This document shows, piece after piece, positions 12,031 to 22,923 of a stretch of 64,000 nucleotides of DNA. Origin of the DNA: Raja brachyura. Taxonomy: Eukaryota. The stretch is from NCBI GenBank assembly GCA_963514005.1, contig OY740789.1, positions 25,172,001 through 25,236,000 on the forward strand, written 5' to 3'. The number at the start of each line of letters is the position of its first letter. Position 1 is the stretch's first letter. Both the position numbers and the translations under genes were made by a program. The notes under the pieces were generated by a model, which saw nothing but the letters and a program-made list of their open reading frames with translations, did no database searches and was not told the DNA's origin.

Positions 12031-15000
12031 AGATTCCTCACAGGGCAGGGGGGTGAATAGGTTGTGAAGTAGTGTTCTCCTTCCACCATTCACAGTGCTG
12101 AACACAGGAAGAATATCAAGAATCCAGAAAAACAGTCTCAAAACATGTACTGTATAAGACAAGGAGATAACCAATTTTAACTCAAAAACCCACAGAGACT
12201 TATCATTCACATTTGTGATCAGAATATGATAACTTTAAGAGGAAATGTTCATAAGTATGTATGTTCCTAGTAAGTATGTGGTCAATAACTTCAAAATATA
12301 GAATAAAGTCATACAAGGCAGCTATTTCATGCATTGCACAAATTATATTCTACATCCATTCAGATTCTTGTCATTATGTTTCAGCGAGTTTGGAGAGTGT
12401 AGAAGTCAGGGTAGTGTATACAGTTTTAACATGCTGATAAATGACATGTGCAGCAGAATCTTAAAATGTCAGTGAGTAGAGTATGGAGCTAATTGGGTTG
12501 CTCACTTTACATCTGCCCAGAAAATATTCCCTTTGTTATGCAAGGTATGTTTAATTTAGGAGCTCAATATAGTTATGCAAAGGAATATGCAAAGACATCA
12601 TAGCGTCAATTTTGATCAATTGGAATGATCCTGATCAATATTGGAAACAGTTTGCATTATACACTCTCTATTACATAGCAGAGCAGATACAAATATTCAC
12701 ATTCTGCATCGATTACAATGTAACAGGGGGACTAATAGTATCACAAGGGAAAAATTACTCGACTAAAGGCAAGGGTGAAGAAGATGGAATCCTCATTGCT
12801 ACCCTTTCAATATAATCAACTATTAGCCAGGCACAACTTTCTTGGTCTGAAGAAGGGTCTCGACTCGAAAAGTCACCCATTCCTTCTCTCCAGAGATGCT
12901 GCCTGTCCCGCTGAGTTACTCCAGCATTTTGTGTCTGCCTGTTTCTCTTAACAAATCCATGCTGACTCTGCCTTTCTAAATGAAGCTTCATTAATGTCCC
13001 TTAGAATTGGTGAGGCCACACTTAAGAGTATTGTAGAAACAAGGAACTGCAGATGCTGGTTTACACAAAAGGACACAAAGTGCTGGAGTAAATCAGTAAA
13101 TCAGCAGTATGTCTGGAGAACGTGGATTGGTGATGTTTTGGGTCAGGTTTGGTTTCAATCTGAAGCACTTTGTGTCCTTAGAGTATTGTGTTCAGTTTTG
13201 GTCACCCTTCAACGGAAAGGATATTGTTAAGCTGGAAAGAATGCAGAGAAGACTGACAGGACTTGAGGGCCTGAGCTATAGGGAGAAGTTGGGCAGCTTA
13301 GCCAATATTGGCCAAATAATTCAAGATTTATTTCTTGAAACACAAAAGGATGCGAGGTGTTCTTATAAAGGTGTATAGAATAATGAGGGGAATAGATAGG
13401 GCGAATGCACAGTCTTTTACCCAGAGTAGGGGAATCAAGAACCAGAGGAGAAAGATTTAATGGAAATCTGAGGGACATTGTTTTTCACATAGAGGGTGGT
13501 GGGAACAGGCTGCCAGAGGAGGTTATTCAGACAGGTATTATAACAAAATTAATAAGACATTTCGACGGGTATATGGATAGAAATGGCTTAGAGGGATATG
13601 AGCCAAATGGGGGCAAGTGGGACTAATCTAGATGGGGCATCTTGGTCAACGTGGACAAGTTGGGCCGAAGGGTCCGTTTCCATGCTGTATGACTTTGTCC
13701 ATGAGCAGAGTTAATCTAAATGGTAAATAATTCCTCTGTCCCCCCCCTTCCTTTTTAAAACAACAATAATAAAGCTCCAATTCTATGGCACAGCACATCT
13801 GGCCTAAACTTGAATGTTTAATCAGGAAACACACCTGACTCAACCTGATCCCAACACACATAACTGGACTCCAACAGGCATTATGCAACAGCATCAGGAT
13901 GATTAGTTTCCTTTTGTATAGTATTTGAAATGTTTCATTACAAATGTGAATTTTTCTTGTATTATCTTTTGTGTCGGATTGTGGTTAAACACTAATGAGG
14001 TCACAAAATTAGAGAACAAAGATTTGGGATTTTTAGTGATTGGTGAATTGGGACTATATTTATGCTAGCATAATCGGAACAGCTGATCGTGGAGGAGAGA
14101 TGGGGAAAATGCTAGGGCTGTTCCCTTTCCCTCCCCTTGGTCTTCCTTCTGCTCCTCTGCAGCTGCTTGCTACAATTCTGATGCAAGTACTGTGCCCTTT
14201 GTAGAGGGAGGCAGATCATCTTATAACAGAACAACACAGATCACAAGGCCCTCTCTTTCAACACACAGTGGAATCCTTTGTTTGAGCTCGCAAAGCCCTG
14301 CTGTATTACCCTTCTCATTCTCCCTGACAGTCTGCACTTGAAACGGAATGCTTCTTGCTGCACCTTTGTCTGCGAGCGACAGATTAATGCAAAAGTTTGA
14401 AATCAAGACAAATTCCTTCAGCATCCGACACTCCCCTCCCTGCAGGGTTCAGCATCTTTAAAGGACTTGAGGAAGCACCAATCCCCTGCAGATCTGTGGT
14501 ACAACCAGTAGAAGTGAATCAGCAGCTAACTTGTAGGTATTTGATAATCCTTCAAATAGCTTTGATTGTGAGTCCTTCCTACTGCTGAACATATGTTCAA
14601 CTGAGCAAGGTTAACGGAGGGCATTGGGGGAAGGTTGAGAAGCAATTTAACAGCAGTGGTATTAAATCAGCATTGCATTCATGATCTGCTTGTGTTACAT
14701 ACTTCCAGCGGGCATCTGCAACTTTCCCAATAAGGTGGCAGGGACAACTTGCACTATGTGTGCATATGCATTTACCGCCATCTTAGAACATATTCGACAT
14801 TCATCATAGCAAAATAGTGAGTTTGTAGAGTGGTACATTTCCACCTATCAATTAGGACTACCCTCCAAATAACGACAGCAAGAGTAGAAGTTGTACATTT
14901 TGAATGGAAAATATGTTTCTAACGTGGCAGTTACTATTGCAATGTTTAAGAAACATTTAGACAGGTATATGGATCGGACAGGTTTAGAGGGATATATGGG

Positions 15001-15393
15001 CCAAATGCAAGCAGATGGGACTAGTGTAGATGGAACATGTTGGTCGTTGTGGGCAAGTTGGGCCAAAGGGCCTGTTTCCATGCGGTATGACTGTATAACT
15101 TCTTATCTTCTTCTAAACACTCTTCACTAAAACGCATTTTATTACCAATTCACTCATTAGCACCAAAATATTTCCAGAAACCTACAAACATCTTCATATG
15201 AATGAAAATGTTAAAAACACTCAAGAATGCCAAGAAGCACCCCAAAAACCCAACGGATGGCTACAGGAGCAACATTTCTAATTAAGTTGCTATAAAATAA
15301 ACTAATTTCAGGGAGTTTGACCCACTGAAGAATAACAACCTGTTAAAACAAGAATGACTGGACAATGAGCTAAACCATAGCCATAAGCAATAG

Positions 15394-15617
15394 TGTTAAA
15401 GAAGGAACTGCAGATGCTGGAGAATCGAGGGTTACACAAAAAGCTGGAGAAACTCAGCGGGTGCAGCAGCATCTAAGGAGCGAAGAAGATAGGCGACGTT
15501 TCGGGTCGAGACCCTTCTTCAGACTGAAGAAGGGTCTCGACCCGAAACGTCGCCTATCTCCTTCGCTCCTTAGATGCTGCTGCACTCGCTGAGTTTCTCC
15601 AGCTTTTTGTGTAACCC
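15394..15617. mobile_element. Penelope-derived palindromic element with two inverted minimal hammerhead cores
   Basis: 14-bp TSD GCCATAAGCAATAG. Near-perfect palindrome centred on 15523. CTGAAGAAGGGTCTCGACCCGAAACGTC at 15524-15551(+) and 15495-15522(-). Confidence 0.82.
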
Positions 15618-16916
15618 GCCATAAGCAATAGATTCATCAGTGTGACATTCCACACCTATTGAATTCATGATATGCTTGCCCTGCACCCTGCTGGTCTTTG
15701 TATCACCGGCTCTACTGAGAGGATGTTACTTCCAACAGGCAGCTCATGCACCAGTTACCTTCCCAATATGGCAGAGGCAGAACTTGCACATCTTACAGAA
15801 CTTGCCATATAGAGAAAAGTTAATCATCCCAGAAGAGACAGTGAAGAGGCCATCTCAAATTGAACACAGCAATTGGTTAGTGTTTTTGGAAACAAAGGCA
15901 TGTGTTTATGATAATCTACAAGATGTTCCATCATCACCATAAACCATAAAGAATATAAACACTGCTGTGTAAGAACATTCAGTTTCATCGTTGAAAAGTA
16001 TATATAGAACAAAAATTAATTCAGTAAACAAAGACATTTTACAGTATCTATCCTGGCAAACTATTTATCCACTCAAAATAAATAAGGATTGACTTCTGTT
16101 GACTAGCTTCTTGGCACTCAAGCCTAGAAATTCTGTGAAGCTGTGCCCGTTTTGTTGGTGTTTGGTCGGAACCAAAGCACCTGATTCAATAATGGCCAAT
16201 CTGTGCTGGAAATGAGCCAGCCACCATTTTGGCATAGACTTCAGGTTAATCATCTGAAGCAGATGTTAAACCCTTTGGATATGCAAATAGGGTGCCAAAA
16301 ATCTGTTTGACATCTCTCTTAGTTGGTTTAGTTTTGTTTAGAGATACAGCTTGGAAACAGGCCGTCCTGCCCACCGTGTCCGCGCCTACCAGCGATCACC
16401 CCATACACTAGCACAATCCAAGACACTAGGAACAATTTACAATTTTTCCGAAGCCAATTAACTACAAATCTGCAGGTCTTTGGAATACGGGAGGAAACTG
16501 GAGAACCCGGAGAAAACCCATGCTGTCACGGGGAGAACGTACAACTCCATACAGACAGCAAACATGTTCAGGATCGAATCCGGGTCTTGTATTTGTCATA
16601 CAACTTCTGATATTTCCATCCTGGGCAAAATGTTTAGACTGCCTACCCTATCTATGCCTTTCATAATTCTATATACTTCTATCAGATCTCCCATAACCAC
16701 TGGCATTCCAGAGTAAACAATCTAAGACTACCCAACCTCCCATGTTGCTAATATCCCCTAATCCAAGCATCATTCTGGTAAACCTCCCCTGCCCCCTTTA
16801 CAAAGCCTCCAAATCCTTCCTGTAATGAGGTGACCAGAACTGTAACACTCCAAATGCTGCCAAACCAAAGTCCTAAAAAGCTGCATCATGACTTCCTGAC
16901 CCTTATACTCAAAGCC

Positions 16917-16970
16917 AGGGTGGGAGATTGCAACCTTCACGAGGTCCGCCCTGTTGCGACGAATGCAATC
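16917..16970 (+). ncRNA. Predicted minimal HDV-like (CPEB3-type) ribozyme, copy 1
   Basis: P1 AGGGTGG/CCGCCCT, P2 GATTGCA/TGCAATC, P3 ACC/GGT, L3 TTCACGA, GT after P1, no P4, J4/2 CGAA. Confidence 0.75.
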
Positions 16971-17063
16971 AACCTGGCATGCACAAACAAATAAGATCAA
17001 ATAGAATAATTTGTCATACAACTTTAGGCTGTGCACACCATACGCAAGAAGAAGAAGAAGAAG
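16917..17063 (+). mobile_element. Short ribozyme-headed retroposon with (GAA)n tail, copy 1
   Basis: 12-bp TSD ATACTCAAAGCC (16905-16916 / 17064-17075). Ends CCATACGC(AAG)n. Inserted in a CR1 remnant. Confidence 0.88.
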
Positions 17064-17856
17064 ATACTCAAAGCCCAAATCAATAGAGACAAGCCCTAAA
17101 CCATATGCCTTGTTCTTGATTAGTACAAGTGTCAGAGGTTATGGGGAGAAGACATGGGAGGTTGGGCAGTCTTAGATTGGTTTCTCTGGAATGCCGACGG
17201 ATGTGGGAGATCTGATAGAAGTAATAAAAACTATGAGATGCATAGATAGGGTAGGCAGTCTAAACCTTTTGCCCAGGATGGAAATATTAGATACTAGAGG
17301 CATAGTTTGAAGGTGAGAGGGGTAAAGTGCAAAGGAGATGTGTGGGGCATGCTTTTTACACAGAGGGTGGTGAATGCCTGGTATTTACTACTGTGGTGGT
17401 GGTGGAAGCAGATACGATAGTGGCATTTAAGGGGCTTTTTGATAGGTATATGGAGATGCAGAGAATGAAGGGATATGGATTATGTGCAGGCAGGTAAGAT
17501 TTGGTTTTGGCATTGTGTTTAGCAGAGGCATTGTATGCTGAACACAATGCCAAGGGTTAGGAGGGAGAGATAGATCAGCCATGATTGAATGGGGGAGTAG
17601 ACTTGATGGGCTGAATGGCCTAATTCTACTCCTATTCCTTATGACCTGAACACTTTATCTTCTTGTGTTGCCAATCTCAGGAAGTTATTGATTTGGACCC
17701 TATGTATCCTCTGTACATCAATGCTGTTAAGGTTCTTGCTATTAATTGTACATTTTCCCTTTTAATTGACCTCCCAGCACCTCACATTGCTGAGATTAAA
17801 ATCCATCTGCCATTGTTCTGTTGCTGATCTATATCCCGCTGTATACCTTGGCAGCC

Positions 17857-17910
17857 AGGGTGGAAGATTGCAACCTTCACGTGGTCCGCCCTGTTTCGAC
17901 TAATACAATC
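17857..17910 (+). ncRNA. Predicted minimal HDV-like ribozyme, copy 2
   Basis: Same fold with L3 TTCACGT and J4/2 CTAA. One mismatch in P2 (TACAATC). Confidence 0.72.
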
Positions 17911-17990
17911 AATTCGATCTGCACAAACCGAAGATCAAATAGAACAAGTTGCCCTACAAGTTTAGGCTGTGCACGCGACACAAAAGAAGA
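17857..17990 (+). mobile_element. Short ribozyme-headed retroposon, copy 2
   Basis: TSD ACCTTGGCAGCC / ACCTTGACAGCC, same 5' end as copy 1, short GAA tail. Inserted in a CR1 remnant. Confidence 0.85.
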
Positions 17991-18395
17991 ACCTTGACAG
18001 CCTTCCTTATGGTCCACAATCTTGGTGTCATCTGCAACTTACTATTCAACCTGTCCATGTCTACGTCCAAGTCATTAATATATATAGCAAATGGCAAATG
18101 TCCCATCACGGATCCCTGTGGAACTCCACTGGTCAGACCTCCAGCCTGTATATTGTCTTCCACAACCCCTCTGTCTTCCAGCATGAGCCAGTTCTGATTC
18201 CATGTGACTAAGTCACTGTAAATCATGTACAAATTAATCTTCTGGATCAGTCTACCAGGGGGAGGGACTTTATCAAATGGCTTAATAAAATCCATGTAGA
18301 CAATATCCACCACCCAACCCTCAACAATCACCTTGATCACTGCCTCAAAAAACCCGATCATATTGGTAAGATAGGACTTGCCTCATACAGCCATG

Positions 18396-19629
18396 GGTGA
18401 GGTTTGGGTCTGCCTCAGGCTGGTATTGTGTGAAGTTTGTTGACCATATGAAATTTTTAAGAGATTGGACAGGCTAGTTTGAGGAAAAATTGTCCCCATG
18501 TTGGGGGAGTCCAGAACCAGGGGTCACAGTTTAAGAATAAGGGGTAGGCCATATAGGACTGAGATGAGGAAAAAGTTTTTCACCCAGAAAGTTGTGAATC
18601 TGTGGAATTCTCTGCCACAGTGGAGGCAAATTCATGGGATGTATTCAAGGGAGAGTTCGATTTAGCTCTTAGGGCTTACAGAATCAAGGGATATGGGGAA
18701 AAAGCAGGATCAGGGTACTGATTCTGAATGATCAGCCATGATCATATTGAATGGCGGTGCTGGCTCGAAGGACCGAATGGCCTACTATTTTCTATGTTTC
18801 TATGACCTCAAGTTAGTAATGTGAGCCTCTGGTCTACCTCAGTTGATTCATGCCGGCCAGAGATAGATCCAAACCTCACCCAATACCAGTCTGAGTATTG
18901 TGTGTGCTTTGGATCTACCTCCTGGGATGTCAGGATTTTCATATGAGGAAAGATTGGATAGACTCGGCTTGTACTCGCTGGAATTTAGAAGATTGAGGGG
19001 GGATCTTATAGAAACTTACAAAATTCTTAAGGGGTTGGACAAGCTAGATGCTGGAAGATTGTTCCCGATGTAGGGGGAGTCCAGAACAAGGGGTCACAGT
19101 CTAAGGATAAGGGGGAATTCCTTTAGGACCGAAATGAGGAAAACATTCTTTACACAGAGAGTCGTGAGTCTCTGGAATTCTCTGCCACAGAAGGTAGTTG
19201 AGGCCAGTTCATTGCCTATATTTAAGAGGGCGTTAGATGTGGCACTTGTGGCTAAAGGGATCAGGGGGTATGGAGAGAAGGCAGGTACGGGATACTGAGT
19301 TGGATGATCAGCCATGATCACATTGAAAGGCGGTGCAGGCTCGAAGGGCCGAATGGCCTACTCCTGCACCTATTTTCTATGTTTCTATGTTTCTATGTTT
19401 ACCTCAGACTGGCATTGTGTGAGGTTTGGGTCAATAGACAATAGACAATAGGTGCGGGAGTAGGCCATTCGGCCCTTCGAGCCAGCACCGCCATTCAATG
19501 TGATCATGGCTGATCATCCCCAATCAGTACCCCGATGGGTCTACATCAGACTGGTGTTGTGTGTGCTTTGGGTTTACCTCAAGCTGGTATTGTGTGAGGT
19601 TTGGATCTATCTCAGGCCGGCATGATTCA
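18396..19629. repeat. ~33-bp minisatellite broken by CR1 insertions
   Basis: Unit ~GGTATTGTGTGAGGTTTGGGTCTACCTCAGGCT recurs at ~18396, 18830-18922, 19400-19432 and 19537-19620. Confidence 0.7.
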
Positions 19630-21795
19630 AAGTGAAGCCCACATTGTTTGGGAGTTCTCTCTGCCTGTTATGTAAACAATGAAGCCGATGATTTCTCATA
19701 CGGTTTGGTCGGCCGTTAACCATAATCCCGATCGGGAATTGATTCTTTTATTACGAACAGACTTCCCCTTGGCCAAACAATATTCATCACCTCTCTGCAC
19801 TTCCCTGAAAGAAATAGGAGTGAACAGAGCTTTGGCTTTAGAATCCGCTGTCCTTATTTTTGTGAGCTGTGGACAGGTTTGTCAGTGATGCCACTGGTGG
19901 GTTATGTGGGAGAGTGACAGTTGGAATCTAGCACGGTTCATTCCACATGCAGAGGATCATGCATGTGGCTTCCACAATTGGAAACAGTAATAAATGGTGC
20001 AATGAGTCACTGTCTTCCTGGAATACATTACCTTAGCAACCTAAACCCATGTGACTTAAAAAGAGGCCAATTTGTCAGTTGATACCCAGCCTCAAAAATC
20101 GAGACTAATAAAGCAGTCAAGCAACAACTCCCTTGAAATTATATTTGGATTTGAAGATATTTCTATAAAGGAAGGGATTTACATTATTCATGATTTTTTT
20201 TCAAAGGGATTTATACCACGATTATTAACAAAAAATGATAAATTAGGTCTAATAAATGAGTCCCCTGAAAAAGTTCCGCAGGACAAAAATTCCAGGATTG
20301 GTTCAAGAATAATACTACAAATTATGTTTTTGGTGTGGCCAATCGTTTTGGTTTCAGGATATACTTTATTTTTTTTAAATTAAAGTAATTGAAATATATC
20401 TAAATTAATGATGTGGGTTTTGTCTTGTGCAATGTATGTGAAACTCACTTTAAAAATATTTTCTCTTCCCTTAAATACCGGAGAAAATAGAGCAGGCAGG
20501 CTTCCAGCTCCCAATCCTCGGCAATGCCATTTTGAAACCACGCACTAATACGAGATCTGTAAAGCTATTCAAAGTTAGCAGCTTGCTTACTTTCTTGTGT
20601 TACACAGCTAATATGCAAACCCAAACCAGATGGATGACTAATAGAGGACATTTCTGGATTAGATTGTTACAATCCAAATAATTACAAACATATTGATGCA
20701 TGGGGCAAAAATATACCACAATGTAGGTACATCTTACAATGATTGAAGGTGACCTCTTTTATTGGGACTACTTAAGGGAACAGTAAGGGGTATGTTTTAT
20801 TCTGTTCATTATTATTTTTTTGTGAAACTGGTATTCTGCACTTTATATCAGAGTTAGCATCCAAGAAACAATGTGGATCAATTGGGGTGATTGGAATGTT
20901 ACTCCCTCCAGTTTATAGAGAGGAGTCCAGCCTTAAAACCAATTTAAAAGTCCATTGTAATCTCATTTAAGGGCAGCACAGTGGTGCAGCAATGGAGTCA
21001 CAGCGCTAGAGACACAGGTTCAATCCTGACTATGGGTGCTGTCGCATACTATTGAGTTTGCACGTTCTCCCTGGGACTACTTGGTTATTCTCCCTCATTC
21101 CAAGGACATGCAAGTTTGTAGGTTAACTGGCCCCTGTAAATTGTTCCTAGAGTGTAGGATTGAACTAGCGTACGAGATGATTGTTGGTCGGCCTGGATTT
21201 GGTGGGCCAAAGGGCCTGTTTCCATGCAGTATCTCTAAACTAAACTAATGGTAGTGTGGTTATGAGGGGCTGAATGGCCTACTCTTCTATTTCTTGTGAT
21301 CTTTAATATTCCTGATGGCTTCGGCATCCAAGGGGATTGTAGGGGGACTTTTGATACTTTTTCAAAAATAAGATTATTATTTTTTGTTAATTCAATTCCA
21401 GTTAGAACTTTAATAATTATCCTTCAAATAAATTGATGTCTGCTGAAACAAAACACTCATTTGGAAACTAAATTAACCAAAAATAATAAAAGCTAATTTT
21501 ATTTTTGAAATCGAAAGTACGAGGTGGTTGCAATTATCTTGGATGCCATCAAGCTATAAGGAATATTAAAGATCACAAGAAATAGATATAAGAATAGGCC
21601 ATTCAGCCCATCATATTGGCCATAACTCCACTACTGTTCAATGTGATCACAATGATTTTACACCAGAACCACAATTTTGCACTAACCCCAATTCTCTTAA
21701 CGTATAAAAATCAATGAAGGCTCTTTATTTATTGTGAAGCACAATTGTAGATTGACAGAAGTTATTTATTTGACAGGAAACCATCACAAACTATA

Positions 21796-22923
21796 AGGGC
21801 CTGTCCCACTTGGGAGACCTCCACCGCGAGTTCTGGCGACCTTAAGCGACTAAAAAAAAAAAAATTGAGGTCGCGGTGACCTACGACCACCTACGACCTT
21901 CTTCGACTATGTGTACGACCTCCTACGACTATGTTGAAGACCTCCCTCGACTATGAAGAAGACCTCCTTCGACCTCCTTCGACCATGTTGAAGACTGGCT
22001 TCGACCACGTACGTTTTACTCGAGGACGGTCTCTAGCAAATTGGTCCGTGAATGTGCATGACCCCCTTCAACCTCAGAGGACCACACCGAAAACCGACAA
22101 CGACCAGTGACGAGTGTCTACAGCTCAAATGATCACCTGATAAAATGATGTAATGACTGCATTTTTTTCTCACAAGAAAAATGCCTCCCAGGTTTTTTTA
22201 ATCATTCTGAACCATGCAAGCAAAGAAGGAACTAGTTTGGAGGATGTTAATAAAAATACAACTACTGCTGTTTGCAGTAGCCCTTTTGCTTCAGCAGCCT
22301 TTTAAGAAAGCTAGAAGGGGAAGAGCAAGGGTGAAGAGGAAGCACAAGAAGAGGTCTCAATGGGTGAATGGAGCTGATGTGATGGACTGTCCCAGTACAC
22401 CAGATGACTGGAAGAGAGTGGTGCTGGGCTTTGACAAAAGATGGAACTTTAAGCACACATGGGAGGCAGTGGATGGCAAGCATGCCAATCTTGTCCCTGT
22501 CCCTGTACCCCTCATTTTCCTTATTGTACAGGATGGCATTCTGCTGGAACCATTCACGCGCTGCTGTTTAAATTACCTTTTTTTTCTACTGACCTTTTTT
22601 TCACCCCGGATCTATAACCTTTGACTACCTTCGAGTACCTACGACTACCATCATGACCTACTACGACCGGCATCGACTAGACCTACGACAAAAAAATTAT
22701 TGATTTTTTCCACGGCGACCTATTTTAAGTCACGGTCAATTTTTAACATCTTGAAAAATACGCCGTGGCCTACCTGAAGCCTCGACTACGTGGAGACCAC
22801 TCTCGACCATGAAGGAGAGTGACAAAGACCTCCTTCAACCTCGTGGCGATCTTCCCGTGACTATGGGTTGCGGGCAAGGTCGCCAGAACTCGCAGTGGAG
22901 GCCGCCCATGTGGGACAGGGGCT
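21796..22923 (+). mobile_element. PIF/Harbinger internal-deletion derivative with transposase remnant
   Basis: ~47-bp TIRs (AGGGCCTGTCCCACTTGGG...) in T/A context. ORF segment CPSTPDDWKRVVLGFDKRWNFKHTWEAVDGKH matches the first catalytic-D motif of Harbinger/HARBI1. Confidence 0.85.

Larger units (their letters stand above)
16610..18805. mobile_element. Cluster of CR1 fragments in both orientations
   Basis: Minus-strand RT motifs VDIVYMDFIKPFDKVP and GVPQGSVMG, plus plus-strand CR1 3' ends. Confidence 0.78.

Noticed and set aside
18396-19629. CRISPR-like spaced repeats
   Set aside because: Eukaryotic context; the apparent spacers are CR1 insertions in a minisatellite.
19700-19815. CpG-containing segment with a good minus-strand acceptor (possible exon or conserved element)
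   Set aside because: No recognisable protein similarity, and conservation cannot be assessed from one sequence.
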